From Camelus dromedarius (lineage: Eukaryota): a stretch of DNA of 64,000 nt. Position 1 is the stretch's first letter. Every line of letters begins with the position of its first letter. The notes beneath the pieces were generated by a model. It did no database searches, was not told the origin of the DNA, and saw nothing but the letters and a program-made list of their open reading frames with translations. Where the stretch lies: positions 12,028,001-12,092,000 of the forward strand of contig NC_087461.1 in NCBI RefSeq assembly GCF_036321535.1, read 5' to 3'. Shown one piece after another: positions 1 to 13,121 of the stretch. Made by a program: the position numbers and the translations under genes.

Positions 1-878
1 TCACAGTGACATCGTATCATCCAAAAAGAATTAACTTTTTGCTGTGATAACGAAGCTTAAGAAAATGGAACATATGCCAAATTAAAAATTAATAAGATTT
101 TTTTAAGCAGCTAAAAGAGGTATTTTTAAAATCTTATCTGGAAATCTTGCTTTGGTGGCAATGTTCCGTAAATAGACATTACTGTAACTATTCACCCATT
201 TGTAGCTCAGCCAGAAAAGTATTAGTATTTCTTGCACCACGTCTTTTAGTATGTGGCACATCAAATAGAGTTATGGGTTGTCCTGACCTGATTGATTTCA
301 TATAAAGGTCTTTTTTGGCAACGGTGGGGACCTAGTCACTCTCTGAGGTAAATCTTGCAGAGCAGAAAGTTGAGGTTTTGGGGTAGATTCCAAGAGTCAG
401 TTCTGATCTTATTGTTGGGGAATGTGGAAACCTAATGCTTTCCTTTCCTTAATGTGAACAATGAAGGATCTTTTCTCCCCCTGAGCTAATTAAGTATTTT
501 CTAAAAGAGTCTGAACTTTTAATAATAGGAATGTAACTTTTAACTTTTTACTTTACACAGATCTGTACTTAAACATGGCCAGAGAACCGTCCCTGCTTTA
601 AAATCTCCTTATTTGTACATGTTATAGTTCAAAGGCAAGATCTTACCATTTATGTGGAGAGAAAATAAATGAGATTTCTTTCTATCTGTCTTCCATATGG
701 TTAGGGGTAGGATTGTATCTCGTATCTACTTTGAGTTAAAACAGACGGTGGATTCAATGAGTTGCTGTAACAAAGCCTTGATCTCATCTCAGAATCAACC
801 CTGCGGACTCTCTCAGAGAATCTGATATCAGCTGTCCAGGCTGATCAGTCTTCATCTCAATGGGCAGTTTGATTGCTT

Positions 879-1042
879 CTTTTTTAAATTAATTTTTAAA
901 ATCGAAGTAGAGTCGGTTTACAATGCTGTGTTAGTTTCAGGTGCACAGCACAGTGATTCAGTTAAACATATACACAGATATATTCTTTTCCAGACTCTTT
1001 TCCATTATAGGTTATTACAACATATTGAATCTAGTTCCCTGA
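879..1042 (-). mobile_element. L1 3' end fragment (laurasiatherian/artiodactyl type)
   Basis: gaagtagagtcggtttacaatgctgtgttagtttcaggtgcacagcacagtgattcag…ccattataggttattacaacatattgaatctagttccctg is a reverse-complemented L1 3' terminus with a T-rich tail. Confidence 0.85.
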
Positions 1043-1731
1043 TTGTGTCTTTTCAATGAAACAAACATGGTTACTTCTTAATCCCAGACCCCAGTCAGAG
1101 AAGCAGTGTAGGTGAGACACCAAAATAGTGATTTCTTCATGGCCAATTAGCACTGAAAATGAACGTGTGTGTGTTCCTTCAGTACACAAGAAACATCTGT
1201 GAAAAGCTGTGGCAGATGGCACGTGAGGGACAGTTGTAGTGCTTGGCTTGAGTTTCCCTCAGCCCTGCATGGAGCTGCCCACTGGGTACAAATACACCAG
1301 TGTTTGCTGGTACATTACACTCTACCCCAGTAAGAAGGGCAGCGTAGACTGACCACCGGATAATGCAGCCTATCCAGGGAGTATCTGTATATAGCCCAGC
1401 ATTTGAGTAAGAGCATGGTCACCTATCTCAAGGAATCAAAAGATTGGGGAAATGCCAAAGGACCATCAGGCCAAATGAATATGACTAAGATCTTCATTCG
1501 AACTTGATTGAGTCCAGGGCCATTCCACTCTGGAGAGAGCCATCCAGGTACAACTTAGCTTTGACTAAACACACAAAGAGTTGCCCCCCACCACAGATGA
1601 TACACTAGGAATAATTTGCCCTTTGAGCCCTCCTTGTATATTTAGAGACTTTGTAGAGAACTCAGGCTGGAGGTTATCTTTTCTTGTTCACTTTTTTCCT
1701 CTCATTTAATTTATTTTGACAGTTGACAGAA

Positions 1732-2172
1732 TTTTATTATTTTTTAAAATATTTAATTGTGGTGAAGTGCACGTAACACAAAATTTTGCCATCTTAACCA
1801 TCTTCAAGTGTACAGTTCAATAGTGTTAAGTATATTTACAGTGTTAGACAGCTAATCGCCGAGATGTTTTCATCTTGTAAAACTGAAATGCTCTACCCTT
1901 TAAACAACAACTCTCCAACCCTCCCTCCCTCCCCAGTTCCTGGCAACCACCATTCTCCTCTCCGTCTCTGTGAACTGACTACTCTAAGCACCTCACAGAA
2001 GTGGAGTCATACAGTATTTGTCTTTTTGTGCCTGGCTTTTTATTTCACTGAGCATAATGTCCTGAGTGTTCATCTGTCTTGTAGCGTGTGTTGGAATTTC
2101 CTTCTTTTGGAGGCTGAATGATGTTCCATTGTGTGTGTAGACCACATCTTGTTTGTCTATTTTTCTGCCAGT
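1732..2172 (-). mobile_element. L1M (L1MA/L1MB-type) 3' UTR fragment
   Basis: cttaaccatcttcaagtgtacagttcaatagtgttaagtatatttacag…ggcaaccaccattctc…gtcatacagtatttgtc…cactgagcataatgtcc. Confidence 0.88.
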
Positions 2173-3594
2173 GAGCATTCAGGTTCTGTTCACTTTTAAT
2201 CAATAAAATACACCCACACTGCCATTATCCTTGTGACTGTGTCTCAACCAAATCGTTTTAGAATCTCAAGAGGTTTCCTTAGTTAGACATTTATTGTCAG
2301 TAACAGTGAGCTGGCTTAGTAAGTGTTCAGGCACATAACAGTAGTCCAAACAATGGCTTTAGAAATAAGTTACCGCAATTGTTCACTGGTCTGGAGACCT
2401 CAAATCTTCCCCATGTCAAGTTCAGGCAGCCACAGGAGCCACAAGGAAGTCGAAGGATGAAGGTGGCAGCCATTTGGTGAGAGATGTTTACTTTCTTAAA
2501 TTGACTTCCCTCTACCCGGCATCCAGGAAGGTGTGTTTTCCATGTTTTCAGACCTCCAAGCCCGAGGTGTGGTTTATTTGAGGTTTATTTCCTCAAAGAC
2601 ACAGGACGTGATCTTTCTCACCAGACGTTCTCGGAGGCTCCAGTAGGTAAATGCTCTAAGGTCCGGAAAATGGGAGGAAGGGACCACTGAGATTATTTCA
2701 CATCCTCTGCCCTGGGGTACTTTCCTTACTCAATACTTTCCTCACATTTCTCAGGGGAAGAAAGATGTGGAAACTTGGTACATTTATTTTTTACAGACGT
2801 GCCAGCTTTGACCACTAGGCACTGAGTGAGTGGGAGATTAATGATCAGGGTGATGCCATGGAAAAAGCCATAAGTCGTTACATCATAATTTTTGTTTTTG
2901 AAATATTTTGTTTTCATAGCTGGAGGTTATTCTATTAGCATGGGGGGAAGGAGAATGAAAAAAATTGTAGTAGAATAAAAAAGAGAGTACTAATTTTTAA
3001 AAAACCAAAATACAGAGTACACACAGACACAAAGATACTCAAATTCCACGTCAGTTTTGTGAAGAGACGCTGAATTTCCTGAATTCAGATGGGACGGGAT
3101 CCCTCTGTGTATGCCGTTTGCATATCCTTACCTTAAGAACGTTACTATATGACTAAGAGCTAATTACTCACCCAGTGAACGTAGGGTACGATTCTTCCTA
3201 TCCCAGAAGGATTACCAGTAAACTTACTTCCCGAAGAGAAGTGACTAGTTCACTTCAGCATTGACATAACATACTCGAGGTATTTGAGAGCTATATAATA
3301 AAAGTAAAATTTTAATGGTAAAAATTTAATGAAGATAAATTACAAATGAAATTAAAAGCACTGGCATAATCCTAATAATTAAGTATTTAAGAAACGAAAA
3401 CTCTAATTCCATTAAAATTTCTTTGACTTCTAGGCAACTTTGGGGGAATATAACTGCTATAAAACCTGATGTATAAGCAGCTAGAAATGTGTAGGTGCAT
3501 TTGCATGGCTGTTGCTTGTGGATGGCAGTGGCTTTAGAACAGTGGAGCAAATGGGCATATTTATTGGCCTTGACTATATGCTCGCAGCAAGTAT

Positions 3595-3785
3595 CTCTTT
3601 TCTTTTTATTCTGTATTTATAAAAGTATAAATACTCTTAGTTATATGAGTATATATTTATTTACATAAGTATATAAGTATTTCTGTGTACTTATATAACT
3701 ATATCTTATTTATATGAGTGTATATATATATGCATCTTATTTATATAAGGATATAAGAGATCTTTTAAAATTATCTTACATTTTT
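3595..3785. repeat. AT-rich low-complexity / degenerate (TA)n tract
   Basis: Recurrent tcttatttatat and tatataag units, almost no G/C. Confidence 0.7.
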
Positions 3786-4354
3786 GGTAAAAATTAGCTA
3801 AGATAAGGAGAAGTTATGACTTTCTTTTTAATAAAAAATGAGTGAGATCTTGGAGAGAAAGAAGAAATATCATATTCAGGTCAGGAAAGCCATCTCTTGG
3901 TTGTTCCAAAGGACTTTTGTAGATACTGGAAACTAGAAATCCAAGTGAAGGATAGAATCTCTTATCTCAAAAATAAGGAGGCCACATCCTCACACCCATT
4001 CCTTGAGCAGTGAATTCAGTGAAAAGCAATGACTCTGGGAGAAACATGGGGCCCCAGCGAAGAGGAGATGATGCTCTGAGTGAGTCCCAGCTCCCCCAGT
4101 GTAGACCGAAGCACACAGAGTGAGCCGGGCACTAATGTTTCTCCAGGGGGTTACATTCATGATCAATAGATGCATATTCACTTAGTGACTTTGTGAAGAA
4201 TGTGTAACCTTGGACATTTGGAAGGAAAAGAAAAATGACCTCTGGAATCAGCCACTGTGTAATAAAGAAAACACCCACCTAGCCTGGGGCTCCCCTACCA
4301 TCTGTGTGTATTCTGGCAGGACATTTTGATGAGAGGTTGGAGAATGAGCAAAGC

Positions 4355-4530
4355 AAAGTATTTGTTGAGCATGGACTGTGTGCCAGGCACAGAAGTGGTT
4401 TTTCATTTACTCCTCACTGAAACTTCGGATAAGCTACCTTGGTGGTATTCCCATTTTGCGGAAGAGAAGACTGAGGCTCAGCCAGGCTAAGTTATTTGGT
4501 GGATAATATCTATGTCTAGGTTAGTCTGCT
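4355..4530 (-). mobile_element. MIR SINE fragment
   Basis: tatttgttgagc…tgtgccaggcac…cccattttgcggaagagaagactgaggctcag (MIR core, reverse). Confidence 0.7.
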
Positions 4531-7500
4531 TCCAAGCCATTTCCCTTTCTCAAACACCCTCCCGCGCCTGGCCAGCTGGCTGTACCAGATGCAGTGGTCA
4601 TGGCCCCTTCCTCCCATCACCCGAGGCTGTGCTACCTCTCTGCTCAGGGTCCTGCAGTTGTAAACGTCAGAGGGCGCATGCTGATGTCTGAAAGCCAGTA
4701 AGGGAAAATGAGTCGCTCACTGGATGCATTGAACTTCTTTTGATTAGGAGAGCTTCACGGAGGAATAAAGTACCAAATGATTTTGCTTCTTAAAAAGAAT
4801 TGAATCTCTCTCCTGAGTAGAGCCTGTTGGCAAGTTCACATGCGATCATGGTCAGCAGCAAAGAAATTTAAGAAATAATGAAAAGCTTGTGGGTTGGAAT
4901 GCCTTCAGCCCCCAGAGCTGAAGAGCGGGCCTTTGGGGGAACTGCTGTGGAAAGGAGGTAGAATCTGAGTGTGGAAAGAATTCTGATCGTGGAAGAAAAG
5001 ACAGGTAACAGAAAATGGGAAGATTAGAAGCAGGCGTGATGGGTAGGCGTGATGGGTTCCCAGGGTTACACCCTGGGTAACGGGGTGTAGATCACTTTTG
5101 TTTCACCCGCCCCCCAAATATTTTTTTTCATTTTAAAGAAATAGAAGACATTTTTAAGTTAACTCATTATCTTTTGGCTTTAGTCCTAGAAGCCTGAGAG
5201 GTTGAATGTAATTTTATATGCTGCAGATGCTTCCTGGTTTTAAAAAACGATGACCTGGCTTCTAAACTAATGATGACATCAACTCAGAAAGACAATCTTC
5301 CACATCATGTTAATTCCAGTAGCAGCCGTGGGGTAGTCCTTACGAATTGAGGAGGAAGGGGAGGCAGTCTGATTTAGATCGGGAACAAACCGAAGCTAAG
5401 TTATTCATAGTGTGACTTCTGCTGGATGTAAAGATAATTTTTCATTGCGCTCGACTTCTGAGACAGTACTGCAGATAAACCTCTCTTGCCTGTTTGCGGT
5501 TTTAAAAAGGTCTTTGTGTGGATGACATACTTTTGATGTGTGTTTCATGATCAGTTCAGATTACCCAAGATGACTGTAACACACCAGTAATTAAGGAAAA
5601 CTCTCCTTCAGAGAAGAATCAAGGAATCTCTGCTTTTGTTATTTAATTTTTGACATCTCTGGAGGGACACAGTCAACTCTTTTTGCCCATTAGGAGCTGA
5701 CCTTGAAATAGGATCTGTATTTCCTCAGTAGAGTGTTAGTGAGTCTCAGTTTTGGCCCTATTAGAATGAGATTAAGTGTTAGACCCAAAAGAAACCTGGT
5801 AAAACAGATGAATTCCCCAATCCTGCCCTCCTACATTCATTGGAGCTAGCTGACAGTAGATACGAGATTTTTATGGTTGATCAGAACTAATGGGCCATGT
5901 ATTTCAACTGTTACTTTTTGGAAGGGTAACTACGTGGCTTGTAAATAGATTTTTGGAGTCTAACCCTTCATAAATTTCTATCTGGCTTCCTTTCTTCCTG
6001 TCTAAGAGTCTTCATTTTCTCCCCTGTCCTGGGCTTCATTCTCTTCTGGAGCCCGTCAGTCTCAGTAACCATGACCTTCACAGCACAGTTCAAGGTCAGC
6101 GTTCATTCACGTCTTCCTTTGGTCATTCAGCAGGTGGGTGGGTTGTGGGTGTGCTGGCGGGAGAGGACACTAACCACAGTCTGGTCCTGCTGCCCATTGT
6201 AAAGTTGGGAGTCCGTCCTGCAGGAGAGGGAGCGCCTGAGAGCCCGAGAGAATACCGGATATTCCTCAACCTTGGGTCTGGGCTTGTGAACTCATTCAAA
6301 ACCATGGAGTGAGGAATCTGCCTCTGCATCGGTGATTTCATTTCTGGATCTCATTTCCTGCATCTCATCAAAATCTCCTCTCCAGAAAAACTCTTCTACA
6401 TTATTGACACTAAGTCTAGCCATCTGATAAGGGCTGCTGCTGTTTCTGTCCCAGTGGTGTCTGCACTTTCAGTGATGGAGCCCAGAGTCCCTGTTCCGCT
6501 CACCACAGAGCTGGGCATCTGCAGGGTTCAGCTGGCAGGTTGGCAGGGCATTTCTGGAACAAGGTGATGGTTCCTTAGTGCCTATGAGATAACCCTCTTC
6601 TCATGACCCATCCACAAGCTACTGTCCTGCCTGTTCACAGGGCAGACTCTGCCCTTGTGGCTGATGAACAGGACAAGGGACCGTATACACTGGTGGCTGG
6701 TAACAGGATAGGGAAGAACTGGATCTTCCTACCTGGGGGGGGGGGGGGTGATGCAGCTCAAGGTCAGGAACGGACCTTCCGGACATCTTTTGGTTGAATC
6801 ATTTGTCTGGCTGGGCTGTTCTTTCTCATTCCTGGGTGGTAAGATGCCTTCAGCATGATGGCTCCGTGTGTTCCTATGGAATCCTGCCTTCCCCCTTGAG
6901 CCTCAACTCGAGTGTGCTGGGGGTGGTGGTGGTAGACAGTCTCCAACAGAGCTAGACATTGGATTATTGCACCTTCATCCTAAGTCTTTTCAACTGACCA
7001 AAGAATGGCGTTATGAATGGTGAGGAGGGTGACTCACGGAGATAATCCATTAGAGATCAGGTCTATAGAACATTTACCTTCTTTCCAGAGTTCCACATGG
7101 GCCAATCATGGGCCAGTAGTAATTCTGTATCTATAGGCAATTAATTGCAAGGCATATATGTATACTTTAAGTATAAACTTAAAAGCACTGCTTTCCCTTT
7201 CTCATAAGTGGGCACTGCCCTGTCTGTTGTAGATTATGGTGGCCAGAATATAATGTTTTTTTATGCCAACCAATCAAATGCTCTATCTGCTTAAACTCTG
7301 TCCTCTGCTCTGGATTTTAAAGCCCTTGCATCTCAAAATCAGCTCTAAGGTGAGAAGGTCAGTGTCATTCTGGGAGTAAGTGGAGAGTCTCTTTCTTCTG
7401 CAGTCTTGCCTGAAAAGAGTGAGTAACTGTTCCCAGAGGCAGAGGAGCTGCCACTGAGCTTTAGCTGATGCTATGCAAGTGGGATTTATTAATTCTGTGA

Positions 7501-9589
7501 AGTAAGTAGAAGGCTCTCGGGGTACTTGGTAAATTATGAGAGAGGCCAGGGGGGTCAAAAAGAGAGAGATTCCATGCTAGACATCCCTGGCTAGGAGCTG
7601 AAATACCACAGAGCAAATAGTCTGAAAATTGTCAGTGACCTTCTCAACTTCATCCTAAACCCTCCTGCCTGGGGGATGCAAACCCATGGAGGGAATGTGG
7701 CTTGGCAGGGATTTGGGGGTGGGGAGAATGGTGGCTGGCCAAGTTCTTATGGGATTCTTTAGGGAGTGCTGGAGGGTGAAAACGGTGCTGAGCCCTAGAA
7801 TGACCCCACATGCCTACACAGCAGCGTCGTGGGTCTTCCAGGCAGAAGAGAGATGTGTTCCAGGCAGGATGTGTTCAGACCAATGGCGAGGCCTCATCTC
7901 AGTGATGTGATTTCCTCTTTGCTTCCTGACTGCAGTTTCCCCCATGCCTTTCCTCTACCTCAAAGCTGTGGAACCAGACCTCCTTCAGAAGAAGGAATAG
8001 AAAGCTCCTCCACCCCGTGGTGTAGACATTCTAGTATTGCCCCTGCCTGATGCTCTCAAGGACAGGAGATGGGGCAACCCCAGCAGATGGTCCAGATGGA
8101 AATGTCTGTGAAATAACAATGTCACCCCAGCACCCATTTGGGGCTTATTTATGGTGAAAACCACCTTTACAATAGCTCTGTATTTTGTTTGTGAGTTACC
8201 ATTTCTGTTTTTCTTTCTCTTTCAACATATACCTCATTAGATGTGTTCCATCATATATTTTCAATTTCTGTGACGTTTTGATGGGAGGGGTCTCAGAGAA
8301 GTTCCACATCCACTTCTTTTTGCCCTTCTCCTGGAAGGGTAGTTGGCAATCTTCTTAAATTTTTTTTTTTTGAAAGCTTTTTATTGGCATCATCCAATGC
8401 CCTGCTGTTTGTGAACTGTGGTTGCACCCCAGCTCCTCAAATTCCGTATTTATGATGATAAGCAGGAGCTCCACAACTTTTAATTTTGCTAAAGGGCTGT
8501 CTTCTGTTTCCCGATTGCAGTCTCTCCATTTTTCAGTGGAAGGCCAGAGGCTGTTGGTGAACTTGGAGCCTGCTTTCAACATTTTGCTTCTGCTATTTTC
8601 AAGCAATTAGCAAAGTCTGTTTAGAGTTGAATTGTTATGTGCACACATTCTATTTTAATTCGTTGTAATTAGAGGGATGCGTCTGAAACTTCAAGAACTG
8701 CCAGAATCCAACCTTCTGTTTCAAAAGGTTGAAATCTCTACTTATGAACAAGAGACTTGACTGGATATTAAGAATGGCAGCCAGCTGTAAGTCACCCACC
8801 TAGAAGGATTACAAACTCTACTCTCGTACCATGAAAAAGTCATACCAGAGAGCTATGTCTGGGGTTCTGGTGGTGGTGGTGGTTTTGCTTCTCCACGGAT
8901 TATTTACCTTAATTGCAATGTTAAAAATACTAATTTGTAATTATAGCCCCATTGTAAATATGTTGTACTTCCTATAATGATGATATTTGATCACACAAAC
9001 TGGCAAACAGTGACAGCTCATGTTCCTTGTCTGTGCAAATAATGTCAGTCCATCTTTTAATTTAAGAAGTAGCACCCCTGTCTTACGTGCTTGCGATTCC
9101 CAGTGAAATTCAGGAAGAGTATTTGTATAAGGAGGTATTTTTCTCCCAGTAAAACTTACTCATTTTCATATTAATTTTTCAGCCCCCAAAATATGTTTCT
9201 GGAGATGAAAAGGCCAGAAGCGGGGAATTGAGGCCAGAGGCCAGCACTGAGCTCTCTGGGGGCAGGAAGGGTGGTGGAGCCCATTCCCCAGGGCTCCCAC
9301 ACTCACGGCGGCAAAGAACCAAGGAGTTAGCCTGGGGTCAGGAGAACTTGCAGCTCTCAGGACAGCGAGTCTCACGGCTCGGCCCAGGCCCCCAGCCGGG
9401 GATGGGGGTGCCTGCATCTGCCGCCATGACTTTCATTTGTTTATGAATTGCAGCTGCACGTCAAAGGCCTTCTGTCCCTGCACCAAGCCTGCCAGGATGG
9501 GCACAGCCAGACCTCGTCCTTCAGCAGCAAAACACTTTAGCAACTCTGTTCCTGTGTGCCTGCCTCAAGCTCCTTCTCCTTAATAATCA

Positions 9590-9835
9590 CACCACTGCCT
9601 GATTAGTTTTTAGAGCTTTACAGTTAGCAGGGTTTCTGTCTGACCTACATCACCTGTGCTCCTCGGTGACCTTGCGATGTCGGCGGGACAGCTGTTGCCA
9701 TTTTGCAAAGACTCAATGATTTAATGTGCCCCCTGTGCAGCCTATTGTCGGGTCAAGTAATGTGTCCAAAGTGAAACAGTTAATGAGTGCAGAACGGAGG
9801 TCTTGAACCCGGGACCTTCTGACTTCAGGTTTTTC
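9590..9835 (-). mobile_element. MIR SINE
   Basis: ttgccattttgca…aagtaatgtgtccaaagtgaaacagttaatgagtgcaga…ttgaacccgggaccttctgacttc. Confidence 0.65.
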
Positions 9836-10480
9836 TGACCTGCGCATGGTGCTTTGGGTATGGAGGACTTGCAGCTCTGACCCCACGTGCTAAGCCTTCC
9901 TTGGCAATGGCTTTGATGGGACCATGACTGATGGGAGGCATGCTGTGTCTAGAGCAACCCAAAGCTAAGATTTGCCATAGAGGTCAAATCTAACTCTTTG
10001 TTTTACACATAAGGAAAGTGGGGACCAGGCAAATGTCTAAGTTATGTTGAGTGGGGGTCTCCTGCTCTCAGCCCAGTGCTCTCTGGACCACTGAGCCTTA
10101 CTTTCCCTCATAGAGTGCACAGGACCCCCCGAATCCCCCGCCAGCCACTAGGGGAGCTTCCAGAATAAAAGTTGTGTGAAAGGCTGGCCACACCCCCTTG
10201 ATTACAGGTCAGGGAAGATGAGACACTTCAGAAGCGACCTCCAGCTGGTCTGGGCGCTGGCGCCTGGGCTGGTGGGAATCATTCCCACTTCTGAGGTTTG
10301 GGAATCTAAGAGATGAGACTCTGTGTCTGTTTTCTGTGGGAGGAAAAGGGGAATCAGAAATGCATTCCCAGCTGGCCTCAACAAATGACCCCATCTCCTA
10401 TCCTACATCCCCCTCCTCTGAAAATCCTTGCCTTTAGTCAGATCTTGAGCCTGAGAAGCCTGTTCCCAAAGCAAAGTGCA

Positions 10481-10960
10481 GTCGGATCACGGCCGAGGCG
10501 GCTGTTGACTGGTACCCGCGGCCCTGGCACGAAGCTGAGCTCTTCTGCAGAGGCTTAGCGGCCAGGCCCCGCTAACGCAAGGATGGAATGTGCTGCACAG
10601 CCTTCGTGTGGTGAAGAAGAAACAGAAACCTTTGGTTTGGAAGTTCTTACTTACTTGGTGGGTTTGGATTATTTTTGTTTCACTGGAGTTCAGTGTTCCA
10701 GGGCAGGAGAGTTTGGGTGAAAATGGAAGAGAAGCCCCACCAGACAGAAATTCCTTGTCAGATGGGAGATTTTCCTCCCTTTCAAGGTGTGAGATGAGCC
10801 AAGGAGTACAGAAGCGCGGGGGAGTCTGGTGATGGATTGGGATGCTCTTGGCAGAGCACGAACCAGTGATTGGCTGGAGAAGCCGCTCGCGAGCCAGCCG
10901 GGGTGTCACCACAGCTGCCTGAGACCCATGTCTGAACTTCGCAGACCCAGCGAGGTCGTT
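10481..10960 (+). promoter_or_regulatory. CpG-enriched segment with two inverted CCAAT boxes (candidate internal promoter/enhancer)
   Basis: 11 CpG in 10481-10610 and 10 CpG in 10811-10960. ATTGG at 10836 and 10869 (33 bp apart; the second is gtgattggct, an NF-Y match). Confidence 0.35.
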
Positions 10961-11919
10961 TATGGTCAAGGGGGCAGCTTCACATCAAGCAGGCTGCAGG
11001 AAGCCAATGCCTCTTCCAGCTTTTCATCCATTCCTTCTGGAAGGGAAATCTGAGCCCTGGAGATACCCTGCCTTGTTGGTGGTTACATTCGTGTCTGCGT
11101 GGAGGGAGGGAGGGAGCTGGGGGGACAAAGAAGAAACAGTCAAGTAAGGGAAATATCTAGTGTATCCAGTGGCGTTAAGTGCTGTGGAAGAAAAACCAGC
11201 AAAGTTCTCCAGGAGCTAGTCACACTGATGGCCGTAGGCTGCACCTCGTTGGGGAATATCTGTCACCCTCGTGGAGGTGACCTGGATTCACTTTCCAAAC
11301 ATTCCAGATCACCTGGCAGGCTTATTTCCAAGTCAGCTCACTTCTGTTCCCCTCTTTGCTGTGTGAGAATGTGGAGGCTCAGGAAGGAACTCGGGTATCT
11401 GTGCGGAGACACCTGCCCATCTTATAAACAGCTCCTAGAAACATTTGTCCCATGGTCACCTTTCACTTCCATGAGACTTAGCTTTTCCAGATCTGTCATT
11501 GATCTGTTGCATCACTTAAGTCTCATACCCTAGGAGGTGGGAGGAGTGGAGACTGAAACACAAAACTGAAGATGAATGACAAGAGATCGTGTTCAGGTTT
11601 CACAGCCACTGCGGGAAGTGGCCAGAAACCAAGGCGGTGCAGCGACAGGGGAACAGGCTGCATGTCCCCCCTGCATAGGGCAGGTTTGTGTCCTTACTTC
11701 CCCATCTGTTTTTGCAGATAGTAGTCATAGAGATCATTGTGGGACCTTACAAACCTATTACTCTGAAGACCATCACTCCATTGTGTGCATCAGTACTCTA
11801 AGTTTGTTTGTTTGTTTTCCTTAAATCAGACACCTTTCCACCATTTGACTCATGAGCACACAAGCACAGAGGGGTGCAGACACTTCCCTTGGCCACGTAC
11901 CAAACAGAAGCAGTGGTTA

Positions 11920-12180
11920 CAGCCTTTTATTAAGCTGGGTGTTGAGTTATTGTATGCTAGGTGCTGGGTTTAGCCTTTTTCGTAAATTACCTTATTCCAT
12001 GCCACAAACTATAATTTAAGCCTTATTGCTACTATTTCTACTCTCTTATGGATGAGGAAATTATACACGACCAAGGAAGGCAGCATTTCCAAGGTACATG
12101 GCCCAAGGCAACAAGCTCAAAGTCTCTCAGAAATCAAGTGTTGAAATTGAGGTTCAAGCCCAGTTTTCTTTCCAAAAGTT
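11920..12180 (-). mobile_element. MIR SINE
   Basis: tatgctaggtgctggg…ttatggatgaggaaatt…ttgaggttcaagcccag. Confidence 0.6.
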
Positions 12181-12393
12181 GTATTCCCAATCACTGTCCT
12201 CAATTCACTACAGAATTACTTAGTATTGTTAGTTAATTAGAAATTCTTAAGATTTCTTAGGATTCTTAGTTAATTAGAAATTCTTAAGATGTCTGTCTTG
12301 AACTCTCTTTGTTTCATGTTGCAGCCTTTTTGTGTGTGTATTTTTTTATCCTTCAGGGTCCTCAGACTTTATCCTGAGGACTTTTTAAGATTT

Positions 12394-12774
12394 TGGTTTA
12401 CCCTTGAACAGCACAGTTTTGAACTACATGGGTCTATTTATATGTGGATTTTTTTCAATAAATATATTGGAAAAATTTTAAAAGATTTGCAACAGTTTGA
12501 AAAAATTCACAGATGAACTACATAGCCTAGAAATCTCAAAAAAATTAAGAAAAAGTTATGTCGTGAATGCATAAATTATATATAGATGTACATATAACAT
12601 ACAAAGTATGTGTTAATTGACTGTGTTATCAGTAAGGCTGCCAGTCAACAGCAGGCTATTAGTAGTTAGATTTTGGGGGCATTAAAAGTTATACACAGAT
12701 TTTTCAACCACATAGTGGAGTGGGTGGTGGTGGTGCTGTAACTCTAACCCCCCAAGTTGTTCAAGGGTCCATTG
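12394..12774 (+). mobile_element. Tigger2a/MER8-type TcMar-Tigger non-autonomous DNA transposon
   Basis: Left end tttacccttgaacagcacagttttgaactacatgggtc and right end ctaacccccaagttgttcaagggtccattg match the CAGTTGACCCTTGAACAAC…GTTGTTCAAGGGTCAACTG terminal inverted repeats. Confidence 0.85.
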
Positions 12775-13121
12775 CATGGTTGGGTCCATTGCATGGTTAG
12801 GTCAATTATAAAGCTTAGCATGACTTACAAAGTCTCAAATGTCTACCTAATTTTATTCCATCTTTAATATTTTAAACCCTTTTAGAAAAGGAATTATATG
12901 ACAGTTGGGTTTCTCAGCTGAGTTAACTTTTTTTTTTTTTTACCTCAAATAACTTGAAATTGCTTTGGTCTCCAAGTTACTGATAGAACTCTGTGTCTTT
13001 AGGATAGAATTATTTCCAAGACTATTTCCCCAACATTTGCTTTTGTTAGGTTCTTTAGCTGTATGTCACAGTGGCTACTAATTTTAAATCAACTGTCTTT
13101 CCCTTCTGTCGTTGGTAATAG

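Noticed and set aside
5261-5378. ATGATGA…CTGA pair with a tctaaa/tttaga stem
   Set aside because: The stem is out of register for a kink-turn; expected by chance.
10487-10969. 160-aa minus-strand ORF; similarly 42393-42902 (169 aa) and 57159-57641 (160 aa)
   Set aside because: No recognisable protein. They lie in GC-rich or L2-derived sequence with low stop density, and several begin at non-ATG codons.
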